A DNA stretch of 64,000 nucleotides, counting the filler, from Stramenopiles sp. TOSAG23-3 (Eukaryota): the NCBI GenBank assembly GCA_900128585.1. It is 6 parts of 6 records of this genome, joined end to end, with 100 filler letters (N's around TTAATTAATTAA, not from the genome) between each part and the next. Parts side by side here need not be neighbours in the genome. Positions count along the whole stretch, not along the records: positions 30,178 to 45,122 come from LT642539.1; 5 more parts are not named here. One strand, written 5' to 3'. Positions 30,409 to 42,455 of the stretch are shown here, piece after piece (within the stretch, counting starts at the first letter, position 1; each line of letters starts with the position of its first letter). Below the pieces are notes generated by a model. It saw only the letters and a list, made by a program, of their open reading frames with translations, did not search any database and was not told the DNA's origin. The translations under genes and the position numbers were made by a program.

Positions 30409-32724
30409 TCATTTGTTCTTTGCCTCTTCTTCCTCTTGCCTCTGGATTCTTATTCGCTGCTGCCTCTCCTCTTCTTCTTCACGAGCAACATCGTCAAGAC
30501 GCCTTTGCTCATGTTTGACAACCATGTTTTCCAATTCTTCCCGGCCCTGCATGGACAAGTTGTGCCCAGCCTGGTACGCCGCGTTCCCGTGACTGGAATT
30601 GCCGTGGTGCAATATTAGGGACTCCATTCGCACAAACGAGGGGCACGTGAGAAGTGCGCCGCACTGCTTCAGGGCGCCATCGTTCAGGCCACAGAACGAC
30701 AAATTCAACGTATACAAACAGAACTGGCGGGGCAACAGGACCAGGGACTGGAGCAGCTCGCGCAACCCGATGGTTCGCAATTCGTTCCAACTGAAATCGA
30801 AATGCTTGAGCGAACCATTGAACTGTTTGACAAGTTTCACCACATGCTTCGCGATGAGTGGCGACGTGCGTACGCTAGAGAGACTGAGCGTGTGGAGCGA
30901 TGCCGCGCACGACCAGGTATGCCTCGACAATGCAATCACCCCCTGATCACCAATGTTATTGTTCGATAGGTCCAAAGTGGTCAAGGCCCCAAGACGGCAA
31001 AACTTCGTCATTAAATCCTCGACGCTTTTCATTCTTCGCTTGTATTTCCCTCGTGTATTGTTCATGTTGGACTCGTTTATTGCAACAGACGAAAGGTTCG
31101 GCAGAAGCCTTACACTGTCCAGCAAGGCATTCAGTCCTTCGTCCCCCAAGTTTCTCTCTGCAATATGAATTCTCTCTAATTGCATTAGCTTTGGCAAGAT
31201 GTGAGCAACAGCAAAGGCTTGCTTGTCGCTCAATCGCCCTCCCAACAGCACAAGCTCGCTGCAGCAGGATCCCGCCGAGGGGCTTCCGTCTTCGGGAACG
31301 CTGCCCAACGCAGGCAACGCACCCTTCACAAGCTGCTTGACAATCAACCCGTCGGAAAATATTCCGTTACTTACACAGTAATCGAAGTAATCACGAAGGG
31401 CAGAAGACGTGTACTGCAAGTCCATCACGGTGTTCACAAAGGTTCCCTTTCTGTCCGTCCGTTTGCAGGCGACAACATCGTACAGCTCGTCCATACTGTT
31501 CTCCTGCATGTGCTCGATACGCTTTTGCTCTTCAAGAATGAACATGTCCAGTCGCCTTTTCTCGGAGTCGTAACGCTCCCCCGACAGCGTGCTATTGTAT
31601 AAGCGGAAAAAGCCGCTGTTTATGTCTTCCTCTACCATCAACTCGTGCTCATCCAAATATATTTGCATGTCATTTATTTCCCTTCGTTCGTGCTCTCTGA
31701 TAATGTTTTCTTCTGCTACAAAAAAGTTTTCGAACTCTTCCAAAGCCCGGGTGTCCCGAGCGGTGTCGCGGGCGAGTCTCGCCGCCGCCGCCTGAGATGA
31801 ATACCGCAGGACGAAGGGAATATGTGTCGTATTCTCGTCGTAGTCCCAATCCGCAACTCTAAACCCAGTCCTGTCCATAATCTCTAGCTTCTTGCTTGCC
31901 TTGCAATCGAGCCCGTCCCCGTCCCGGCCACCGATGGACTTCCTTTCCTTCCACTCCTTGAACAAAGGCGGCAGTGCCTTTTGCTCCAACTTCCCTACGA
32001 TAAACAAGGTGTGCCTTTTGGCCTTTTGCCTCTTTAACGCCTTCCCTTCCCGCAGAGCGACTGCTCTCGCTTGGAAATCGGCCTCTTCTGCTTTCTCTCT
32101 CTGGACACGAGCGTTTTGCAGTTTTTGATCGTGAATGGACCGTTCATTTTTGAGCTTTAAGACAAGCTTGCGGTGATTTCGCAAGGCCTCAAGCCGAACC
32201 GCACGATTCGCTGCTTTGCGCTCTGCCTCCGCCTCGCGTACCAGCAAGACGCGCCGGTCCCGTGTTGTTGAGTCTTTTCGCAAGGATAATATTTCCTTAT
32301 GGTCAATGGGTGAGTTGCATAGCGCGCACATATCAGACTGCATTGCGCAGTTTTCACACATTGCTTTGTGACCACAAGGCCAAACCGGCAAGAACTGACC
32401 ACTAGATGTCTTTTGGCACGAAATGCATTTAAACTCAATTGATTCCCAATTTCGATCTTTCCTGTATCTTACTTCATGTGATTCGAGGAGGGCGGTGTGT
32501 CTTGTCGTATGTTTCGCGGAAGACTTCTTCATTGCCTTTGTTATTCTTTGGCTCAACTTTCGTCTCCCGAGAGGGCTTAATTGCGGCATAATCTGTTCGT
32601 TCACCTTTCCACAAATTTCTGTTGCCTCCCTCACTTGCCCCTTTTCAAGGACCGTGCGCAATTGAAACTCCATTCGTCCGAGCTCCCTCGACGTGAGCAC
32701 ATCGTGATCTTTTTTCCATGACAT
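30409..32724 (-). CDS. RING (C3HC4-type) + coiled-coil + RNI-like leucine-rich repeat protein
   Basis: CISC...PCGH..MCENC....CALC; LRRs LTTLDLSNNNIGDQG, LKHFDFSWNEL and LYTLNLSFCGL. Likely ATG at 32724. Confidence 0.85.
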   Translation of the reverse strand: MSWKKDHDVLTSRELGRMEFQLRTVLEKGQVREATEICGKVNEQIMPQLSPLGRRKLSQRITKAMKKSSAKHTTRHTALLESHEVRYRKDRNWESIEFKCISCQKTSSGQFLPVWPCGHKAMCENCAMQSDMCALCNSPIDHKEILSLRKDSTTRDRRVLLVREAEAERKAANRAVRLEALRNHRKLVLKLKNERSIHDQKLQNARVQREKAEEADFQARAVALREGKALKRQKAKRHTLFIVGKLEQKALPPLFKEWKERKSIGGRDGDGLDCKASKKLEIMDRTGFRVADWDYDENTTHIPFVLRYSSQAAAARLARDTARDTRALEEFENFFVAEENIIREHERREINDMQIYLDEHELMVEEDINSGFFRLYNSTLSGERYDSEKRRLDMFILEEQKRIEHMQENSMDELYDVVACKRTDRKGTFVNTVMDLQYTSSALRDYFDYCVSNGIFSDGLIVKQLVKGALPALGSVPEDGSPSAGSCCSELVLLGGRLSDKQAFAVAHILPKLMQLERIHIAERNLGDEGLNALLDSVRLLPNLSSVAINESNMNNTRGKYKRRMKSVEDLMTKFCRLGALTTLDLSNNNIGDQGVIALSRHTWSCAASLHTLSLSSVRTSPLIAKHVVKLVKQFNGSLKHFDFSWNELRTIGLRELLQSLVLLPRQFCLYTLNLSFCGLNDGALKQCGALLTCPSFVRMESLILHHGNSSHGNAAYQAGHNLSMQGREELENMVVKHEQRRLDDVAREEEEERQQRIRIQRQEEEEAKNK

Positions 32725-33671
32725 CCCAACTGTTCCAAAAAGCCTATTTATGTTTGCAGTTAGACTATAAAATTTTACTTTTTGTGCAGTAACTGCATAA
32801 AATCTATGTATACATGTTGCGAAATAAACCACCGATATTATTAAATCATAATGCATAGCCTTTGATACTTTTTAGTATTTTTTTAACAATTATTATAACG
32901 ACGTAGCTGATCTTGAAATTATAAATAGAAAAAAATAAGATGGATTTATATATTATTACTAGTCCTAGTAAAAAACGGACATGTCTCTGCTGTACGACTA
33001 TATGAATAGTCGTCAAAGATTTTATTGTTTATTTGCTCTTCCTCACAATTTAAATTTTATATTAATATTATGTTTATTATTTCATCTTCTTCTTCCTTCT
33101 TCCTTCTTCCTTCTTCCTTCTTCTTATGACTGTGTTTTCAGAAAACGTTCGTTAGCTCTCTAAATAATATAATAATACCAGGTACCCGTACCGGTAGAAA
33201 ATGCAGAATAATAATATAAAAGACAAATATGAAGAAGCAGAATACTCGGAATTATTATCTGGTTCTTTTAATACCCGTTTTTTATTGTTATACCTCCTCT
33301 GGTATGTATTGTATTATTTAAAATAGACCGACGACTAATAGTATAGTAGTAGTATAAAGTAGTAGAAGAAGAAGAAGAAAAAAAAGGCTAAAAAAAAATA
33401 AAAAATAATATTATACAACAATAGAGCTCAACACAAGAGAATAATAATAATTATTCGAAATATTGTAAAATAATAATGATTTATTATTAGTCGTCTATTA
33501 TAAAATTCTATAATATTATTGTGTAACTGAAAAAAATTATTAATATAAGTTTTCTGGCATTTGAATTGAATGATTCACTTAAAAATATGCAATAAGTCCA
33601 TTTGAAAGCGTTGTTGCAGTTGGTGTGGCTGGTTACCCTTGGCTAAAAACCATCGCGTAATCATTGTAAAA

Positions 33672-35142
33672 ATGAGTAGCGACGAGGACGAGGACGAGCT
33701 ACCCCCGTGGACGTTTGAAAGTGCAAAGTCAGGGCGTTCAAAGTGCAAAGCGTGTTCGTTGCAAATCACGCAGGGGGAGGCAAGAGTTGGACACCGTGAG
33801 AGACATAGTCGGCGCGGTTTTGATTTTTATGTGTGGTTTCACATTGGTTGCTCCGATGTTGGATACTGCGAGACTCCGGACAAATGCGAGTTCTGTTTTA
33901 AGAAAATGAAAGAGTCTGAACTGACCCTAACGGTCGAGTCCTCCTTCAGTGACATGGTCGCCACCGTGCATTTGCAGTGCGCCGCGCTTAAAGCCCGGGA
34001 TGGAACGGTTGTCGTCGACCCATCCGAATTTGGGCTATACGACGAGTTAAGCCACAGCGACCAACAGACTGCAATTTCCCTGTTCGATGCTGAAAATATT
34101 GACGGTGGTGGTGACTCCGACGACGCTGAGCAGACCGTGGAGGTTGTGGAGGGGGGCACCGCTGGGGCGGCGGCTGTTGCTGGCAGCACTTTCTTGGGCT
34201 ATGACTTGCAGCAAGCCGAGGACCAATTTAGGAGTGCTGAAGCAAATGGTTTGGTTGTTGATTTGGGAAGTAGCAGCGACGAAGAGGGAGACGCTGGGGA
34301 TAGTAAAGTGGTGAGCCCGGGGGTTGAAGGCATGTCAATTGCTGAGCTAAAGGACGATTTAGTGGTCTCTGTGGACGTTGTTTTTGGAGGTGTGGGGAAG
34401 CATGAACCAGGCGTAAAAGGGGAGAAGCTGGGACGAATAAAGAGTGTTTTGAACGCGCTTCAAAATGCTAATATGACAGTAGACATCTTGCAGTCTAAGG
34501 AACCCAGAGCTTCAAGCCGCAATGGGAAAACTTGTACGACGTTGGAAGGAAATCTTTTTAACGTCGCAAGCGAAAGCGAAGGTCGAGAAAAATAACAAAG
34601 TGGAAGGCAATGGGCCTGGTAATGAGAGCTGCGACGACGAAAGCGACAGCGACGCGGATGTTGTGATTACGCACAAAAAGGCCAAGTCTCGGTTCATTAT
34701 TCCCGATGAAGACGATGATGACGAGGAGTCCGATTCGGACGATTCGGACGATGTGGTTTTTCTCGGCTCTAGCCAACCCGCGACCGCGGCCACGGCCACG
34801 GCCGCCCCTGCTGCACCTCCTGAAAATGTTCCCACGAAATCGCCTTCACCGTCTCCTAATGTCAGGGCAAGGGCTGCAACAAGGTCCTCCTCCAGACCAG
34901 TCGTTGCACCCCAGCCTACATCTCGGCCAACAACCAGACCGGCAGCGAAAAAGAGAAAAGCCCCGGGGAAGAAGACAAAGCCCCGAAAAAAGAGGAGAAA
35001 GAAGAAATCTACGCCAAAGAAGAAGAAAGCAGCACCAAAAACAAAGGCTGCGGCAAGAAGGGTCATAAACAGTATAAAAAAAGGGAAAAAACAAAAGACC
35101 TCTGGTGTTAAACGAAGGACACCTGTTAAAAAGTCCGTGTAA
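33672..35142 (+). CDS. PARP-type zinc finger + TFIIS-N (LW)-like domain + acidic/basic tail; split across two frames near 34500
   Basis: FESAKSGRSKCKAC...WFHIGC is zf-PARP. LNALQNANMTVDILQS is in one frame and NPELQAAMGKLVRRWKE in the next. Lys-rich NLS-like tail. Confidence 0.7.
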
Positions 35143-35421
35143 ATTAATTACAGTGTGAAATTAGCGCGAATTTAATTTCGTCATTAATTTTTTTTAGTAA
35201 TTTATTATTTTGTGATGGAACATACTATATAATTTGTTTTTATATTATTTTGTGATGGTAAATTTAGCTGTTAAACTTGTTCAAGGGTCGAATTTTAGAA
35301 AATAACCAAAATCCTCCCATACTATATCTACTACCCAGTTACATCTGATGATAGCACAGATATTTTGTTCTAAAATGCTTATTGTTCGTATGTGACGCTC
35401 TCTGTTTTCATATCGGACGCC

Positions 35422-38400
35422 TTAAACTCCAGGGGGTTGCTCGTAGGTGACTTCTCCCGTATTCTTGTTTGTCCACGATTTAATTCCTTGATCTTCATCC
35501 AATTTTTCTTCCCATTCACTCTCTTGTGGCGCTTCTAGTTCTGCGTTCTTTTTCGCTTCCTCCTCTTCAGCCTTCTTTTTCGCTTCCTCCTCTTCAGCCT
35601 TCTTTTTCGCTTCCTCCTCTTCCGCCTTCTTTCTTGCTTCCTCCTCTTCTGCCTTCTTCTTCGCCTCTGCGTCGGCGGTCTGCCGCTGCCTTTGCCGCGG
35701 CCTCCTCGTCTGCCTTCTTCTTCGCCTCCGCAAAAGCAGCGTCCTGGTCCGCATGGATTTTTTCTAGCGTTGATATCCGCTCACCGTGTTCCGTCAAAGC
35801 ATTTTCCATAGTCTCTATTTTTTCACTTCTGCTCTCTGCGGCTTCGGCCATTTTTTCGTTGGACTCCAAAATCATACTTAATTTTTCTCTCGTGGACTCG
35901 TCGTTTGTTGCGATTGTGCCTGACAATTCTTCCACCGACGCATCTCTGGACTCTTTTTCAGCCAAATCGCCCTGCTCTCTTGAGGCGATCTCTTCCGTAA
36001 GTTTTTGCTCCAACTCTTTCTCGCGCGACAATGCTTGCTCCGCGTCTTCCTTTATGACTCGAATGTGTTCTTCGGTCCTTTCGGAATACTCCCTGGCAGT
36101 GTCTTGCAACTCTTCAATGCGGGCAATAACGTCGTCCTGCATTTCTCCTTTTATCTCCTCCATACCAGCTTGCAAATCCTTCTTTGCCTGCTCGCTAACA
36201 CTAACTATTTTGTTGTTGGTCGAGCTTTCTACTTGTACTGTTGAGTTGGCCAATAACGAGCTAACGTCACGCAGGGTCTCGTCTTGGTGCATGTCCACCA
36301 GTCTACCAATGATCCCCTCCAAAGCAGACCTAGTTTCGTGTTCAACGTTTGCATTGTCCAGGTCTTCAGAAAATTGACTTCGAAGTTGCATGTTCCCCAT
36401 TTGCCTTGCTTGTGCCTCGTCCATGATCATTCTGGTGACCTTTCTGTTGAACTGCTTAATCTGATAGTCAGTCTTGCTGACGATCCACTCTTTCTGCGCC
36501 TTTAGTCGCTGGTCCACTTCTCCACGAATGCGCGCTCCTTGCTTCAATCGAATGGCTGCCTCGGCAGCAAGATTAGCCTGAGCGTGGGCCTTGACGGATT
36601 CGAGCTGCTGTTCAAACACTCTGCGCACGCCAGTTTCCATGGCCTTTAATCGTTTCGTGACTTCGTCCGTCAAGAACGTAAAGTCCTTCTTTCTCTTCAA
36701 CCGCTCTTTTCCAAATTGGGCCGCCATCGTTCTATTTGCCAAATCAATGTGACCCTGCGTAGTCTTGACCACCTCAATAATCTTTTTCTGGGCGTCCGTC
36801 GACGACTCTTCTGCCGTCTGAGATTTCCTTGTTGCCAGCTCGATGATGGGTTTCAACGAACTGTCCAAGGTTGCCACGCTAGTCTCTGTAAATGCTTTGG
36901 CGTCCTCCATGACCTTTTCGCGACCATTCACACTCTCCTTCTTCAACAAATCGATCGCGTTGACTCTTCCTTCCTGTTCGGCGGATACCATTTCTTGTGC
37001 AGTTTGGATTGCTTCCTGTTTTGACTTAGAAATGTCCTGATCAAGCTGCCTCCGCATGCCTTCTAATGTCACGTCTCGGCTAGTGACTGTGGCAGAATCT
37101 CCTTGAATACGCTGCACGCGCTCTTTGTCTATCAATGTCTCAGTCTTTTGGTCCAATTCGCTGACTGCGTCTGCCGTATGCTTTCGCAGAACGCGTTGCA
37201 CTTGAACCAAATCATTTTCAATCTTTGCATCGTTTGTTCGTCTTGCCTTTTGCTCCTCGCTTAGCGCTTGCTTGGCAAAGCTCTCAAGATTGGAAAGGCG
37301 AGACCCAAGGTCATCGTGGGCATTGTCGGCGAAGACTGTGAGTCTGTGCTCGGTGGATTTCAGCTCACCGCGAGAGACAGTCAATGCACGGACTTCTAAG
37401 ACTACTTGCTCAATGTCCGAAATGGCCGCTCGCGCTTCCGCATCGTTGCTGTCTACCCTAACGGATAGCGTTTGCAGGGAAGCGTCCATGTTCGAAAGCG
37501 CCTTCTTCGTCATGTCTCCGTTTAATTTCAAATCTGCTGCCATTTGTGCCTTGAACCCTGCCAACGCAGCGTCAACTTTGTCTTCCACAGTCTTAATGCG
37601 GTCGTCGTACCCTTTGACAGAGGCTAAGATTCGGGCCTCGACCGCCTTGGCACGATCGTCTATGATTGTTTCACGTGCAACCGCGCGCTCATTGGTCTCT
37701 GTCACACGCTTTTCGCGCATGCGGATCTCAGCCCGAAGAACATTTTCCAGACTTTTGGTTTCCCCCATTGCTTCTGTCCTCAGGCTGTCAAGCCCGTTGT
37801 GCACCGATTCAAGACCAGCCTTGTACGTCCTCTCCCACCGCTGTTTCGTTTCTTCCGTTTCTCTGTGGTAGGATTTTACCATTTTTGTAAGGTTGTTCAT
37901 CGCGTCATTCGCATCCCTTTGCATCCCTTTTTCGTACAACTCCGTGTCTACCCGTTGCTGCTCGTTGTTTGCTTCGAGCGCAGCCACCCTCATTTCAAAA
38001 CGACGATTTAGCTCCGCTTCAAAGTTCTTTCGGTCGTTTCTTTCGTCTTCGATGGTGCCCTTTAGGCGTTCCATGTTCGACTGGACATTTCGTCTGTCAT
38101 TCACATGCCGCTCTTCGTTGAACTTCGTCATTTGCTGCTCCGTCTTTCGCTGCTCTGTATGCGAACGCCAAACTTCCATCATTTTCTCGCTGACCCGTTC
38201 GAACAATATTTTCTCCTTCTCTTCGATAATGGTCCGAATTTCATTTTCACGATACTGTGCTTCGTTTTGTGTATCTCGCCTGGACATTCTTTCCTTCATG
38301 ATGGAGTGCTCGAGTCGTTTTACGTGGGCAACTAGCGACTCGTACCTCGATTCTATCTGAGTGTCCCTCGCTGCAAGGGTTTGTACTTGTGCAGAATCCT

Positions 38401-39829
38401 TCTCCTCGAGGCGTACAACGCTAGACTCCCGAACGTTTACTCTAGTCTCTAACGACGCGACTCGATCAGCGGAGCGAAGCGCGTACTCGCTCATCTGGGT
38501 CCTATGCTCATCTAAATGCCTCTTCAACTTTAACATTTCTTCCCACATTTCCGTGCGCTTTTTCTCCTCGTCAACTGATTTTTTTTTGTCTCGCTCGTCT
38601 CTTGCTCTTAATTCCGCAATAAGCCGAGACGGGTCGGCAATGTTTTCCGAAGAATTTTGCGTCATCGGAAGCGCTGGGTTCATGTTGGGACTAAGCTGCG
38701 GGGCACTGGGAGCCCCCCTCCGCCGCCCCAATCGGTCATTGCTTCGGGGCAAAATACCACCAAGGTTGTTTGCATTCTCGTTCGACCGTCGTAGATTGCT
38801 CGGCTGTGCTGGTCCTGCCACAGCTGAGGGCATAGAGCCCGCGTTTCCAACCCTAGCATGCAGCACTTCCGTTTCCAACTGCCTCAAACGATCTTTTGTT
38901 TCCCTCATGTCCAGGGCATCTTGCATTCGAAGCTTTTCCAAGTAGCCGGTCCTATCCCTCACCGACATTTCATTGCGTTCCGCGATCGCGGACACCCGCT
39001 CCAGTTGTTCTTGGATTTTCTTTCGTTCCGCCCGTTCTTCTATCAGCATTCGCTGGACAAAGTTAAGATCTTGGGAGTGGGCGTCCATGTATAAAGCTAG
39101 TTCTTCGTCATCCACCCTTTCCTCTTCTGGAAGCCTATCCTCCCCGCTGCGTCGACGGCCGGGGCTGTTTCGGTCGCGGTGGGGCGAGCTGCGAGGGTAT
39201 TTGTTATTCTGCTTGTTTCCCCGCACATTTTCTCCTCTATTAACCCGGTAGTTCTGAATCGGTTGGTTTTTAATACGGTTTCTATTCGGGACGGGAAGAC
39301 CCTCCCCAGGTTTCAGTGTAACAGATGGAGGCCTTTGCAGCTCGTTTTGCTGAATAACTCTCGAAGATGGTTCGTTCGATTGCCTTCGGATTCCTGCGAA
39401 CGGAATATTTTGGCTTACGCGCGGACGAGACTTTCTTTCCGGCTCCTTTCGTTCTTCGTTGCTATTTGCGTGTCTTAACGCAAGAAATGCTGCTTTCGAA
39501 GAGTTTACTTTACGAGACCGGACGTCGTTCACTTCCTTTATCCTCTGGTTTGCGCCAATCTGAAAATCGTTTCCTTGTGTGGTAGGGTATTTCTTTTCTA
39601 TTTTACGCCGCCGCAACTCTTCTACCTGCTGCTGCAAATCTTCTGCATATTCCTTCTTTCGGTCTTCTGCAACTTGCAGATTCTTGTAGCCTTCTTTTCC
39701 CCACAGCGGAGTATTGGGCGCTTTGCGTTCGAACCGAGTTTGTTCCTTTTGAACTAGATTCCGGTTCAGCCCTAGGTGTTGGCCCACAAAGGTAGGTAAG
39801 TACTGAGCCATGTTTTGGATGCGAAACAA
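35422..39829 (-). CDS. Large coiled-coil protein with C-terminal KKKAEEEEA repeats and WW domain; frame break near 35678
   Basis: The 1411-aa heptad-rich ORF continues in another frame as ADAEAKKKAEEEE... and then WEEKLDEDQGIKSWTNKNTGEVTYEQP (WW-like). Confidence 0.8.
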
Positions 39830-40632
39830 AGGCCAATCAATGACTAGGACTTTCCTTGGAGTACAACTAAATTCTCAACCGTTCGTTAGGTACACCAAAT
39901 CCTAAAGTATCGTTTGGTTGATAATCTGCAAACCAATACGACTAGCCTTTTAAATAAAACAATATTGAACGGAAGCGTAGATAGAAAGAAGAACACTACA
40001 AACGCGGAACAGTATTCCGGGAATTAATGTCATATTTGTATTGAGTACCAACAGAAAAAATATAAAACTCCTCCTCCTCCTCCAGGAGGTAATCCAAAGA
40101 AGAAAAAGAAAGTTACCCTTTGCTGTGTAGTATTAATAATTAATAAAAATAGTGAAACGAACGGATAAAAATCCGGCAAAAGCAGTTTCAATTCACAATG
40201 CTGTAACTACACTATTCGTAGACTATTTCATAAATCATATTTATTAGTAAAAAATAAATGTCCCCTCTTCTCTTTCTTCTCCTCAACAGATTCAATTCTT
40301 TACTTTATTTACCTATGTATTTATAATATTCTTTTAAAGGTACTTTCGGAAAATATTAATTTGACCGCGCGAGATGATGTCCCGACGGGATATCGACGAT
40401 CATCAAAAAGACATTTATGTAACTTAAACACGTTAGTCCTCCTCAAAACACAGTTGCATAATGTTCAACTTGATTTTCACCCTTCGACTTGGTTTTCACA
40501 CTCTGGAAACAATTAAATAGATGTTCGTTTTGATTGGTCTTCGATAATTTTTGTGCGGAAGTCGTATAGTCCTGATAACAACTCAACTACAACTGCTTTG
40601 TCACTGTCGCGTGACAATGACTAGCCTTTACG

Positions 40633-42309
40633 GTGTGCTTCAACTATTTCTTGAATAGATCCTGGGACCACATTGGTGCAATGAATTACCCGGTCGCAAT
40701 GCTGGATGTTTTCCACATGAAAAATTTTTCGTCTCCAATGTCATGTTTGTTGCCACCAGTCTTATCACGGAACACGCTTTCGTTTGCTTACTACTTGGAA
40801 GATAAAGTCGCCTCGAAAAATGAGCTGCACATGCTCCTGTGCGCATGGTCAATCAAGAAGCTAACTTTTATGTTTCCTCAGAAGAGCAGTACAGAATCCT
40901 CTCAGGCGTACACAACAGCGGCTTCCGAAATAGTAAAGTGTTTTATAATGCATAATTGTAAATTCCCCTTCACCCTGTCGTCAATAGTAAAGCTGCAGCT
41001 ACTTTCGAAGCTCGGGAACCCGTCCCAGTGGCATAGTGCACAGTTGGACTTTTTCTCTTTGCTCAACGAAATAGAATCAACGCTAAAACGCAATCATTTG
41101 GTTGACTTTTTGCACAACTTGAGCAAGACATTGTACCTGTCATGGATGGCCTTGCTCCAGCATAAGATTTTGGGAGTCGGAAAAATTGCGAACGTTAGCC
41201 CGTCACAGGAACGAAGCGGGCTTGGGAGCGATATAGTAGAACTGAGCGGGCACGAGGAGACTAGCCTCTCCAAAGCCCTGGAAGACCTCCACAAAGAGTT
41301 TTTAGAAGAGTTAAACTCTGCCCAGCTGCAAATAGAGTACACGGAACAAGTGAAGAAAGTCAGTTCTGGCATTATGAACGGATTGAACAAAAGCATGCAA
41401 TCCCTGGACGCCAATGGTTTAACTGTGCACCTATGCAGAACGTTTGGTGGCGCTAGTTTCGATGCGCTATGCCGGCTTTCCCAGGATAACTTCGAAGTCG
41501 TTCTTGCGGTGTTCAACCGGGTATGTCAGCGGAACTTGTTCGACAACCAGTCGGCATGGAATATTATTACAAAGGAAGCGTGGCGGACTCTCTTGCTCGT
41601 AAAATACTACCTGTTTCATCTTCACAAAACGAGCACGGTTGAACTGTGTGGTGTCTTTCACTCATTGATGCTACGTTTCGTCAGGTCTCCAAATTTTCCA
41701 AAACCGGGAACCCATGTCCTGCGTGGATTTGTTCGCTACAAGAATTGTATATCAGGTGCAGCATTGGTTACGTTTTGCTTTGACAACAGTGCTTATTGGT
41801 ATTTTCTCCGTCAAAAGGATTCATCGCAAAATCAGTCAGAGCCCACTCGACAGGATTGCACCCAGTTTTGCCAGCGCTTGATAGACAGCAGCTTGCTGCT
41901 GGCAGTAAACACGACACGTTTTAAAGACAGCTCGCGATCTTTGTATAGAGTTGCTCTTTTCGACGAACGTCTCTGTTTCGTTCCCGTCACAACTTCTATA
42001 TTTTGCAAAAAGTTAAAACTGATTGCCGTAGGACGAACAATTTTATTGCCCAAATACGGCATTTTTCCCGAGCATCATAACGATAGGGCACAGCGCTCAA
42101 ATGTATGCAGTTCAAACGCTATTGTAAAGTGGATGTTAAAATTTGGTGTTGCGCGTACAAAATCGGATGCGATCTGTTTATGCAACGAAATGTATCGTTA
42201 CAAACTGCTGATCTTCGCCAAACGAAACAAACATAAAAGGTTTTATGAAACCAAGAAGAAACTGTACCAATTTAACCTGGGTGCTATATATCCGTACGAT
42301 GGCATATAA
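40633..42309 (+). CDS. Hypothetical protein with C-terminal DEP domain (start uncertain)
   Basis: 558-codon ORF ending SNVCSSNAIVKWML...TKSDAICLCNEMYRYKLL...F.ETKKKLYQF, a DEP pattern. Confidence 0.68.
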   Translation: MCFNYFLNRSWDHIGAMNYPVAMLDVFHMKNFSSPMSCLLPPVLSRNTLSFAYYLEDKVASKNELHMLLCAWSIKKLTFMFPQKSSTESSQAYTTAASEIVKCFIMHNCKFPFTLSSIVKLQLLSKLGNPSQWHSAQLDFFSLLNEIESTLKRNHLVDFLHNLSKTLYLSWMALLQHKILGVGKIANVSPSQERSGLGSDIVELSGHEETSLSKALEDLHKEFLEELNSAQLQIEYTEQVKKVSSGIMNGLNKSMQSLDANGLTVHLCRTFGGASFDALCRLSQDNFEVVLAVFNRVCQRNLFDNQSAWNIITKEAWRTLLLVKYYLFHLHKTSTVELCGVFHSLMLRFVRSPNFPKPGTHVLRGFVRYKNCISGAALVTFCFDNSAYWYFLRQKDSSQNQSEPTRQDCTQFCQRLIDSSLLLAVNTTRFKDSSRSLYRVALFDERLCFVPVTTSIFCKKLKLIAVGRTILLPKYGIFPEHHNDRAQRSNVCSSNAIVKWMLKFGVARTKSDAICLCNEMYRYKLLIFAKRNKHKRFYETKKKLYQFNLGAIYPYDGI

Positions 42310-42455
42310 GAAAAAAACAAAAAAATGCGTGATATGTTTTTAAAATTATATAGAAATAGATTTTGCCAGCCTTTATTTATTTTTTTTTTCTAATAAGAAT
42401 CTTACTCACACAAAATATGTACCCTAGCAATCTAAAAATGATCTTTGTGTGGTGT

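Noticed and set aside
35526-39251. Long plus-strand ORFs antisense to the coiled-coil gene (similar ones lie opposite ABCC and other genes)
   Set aside because: S/F/L-rich shadow ORFs, as expected opposite E/K/R-rich coding sequence.
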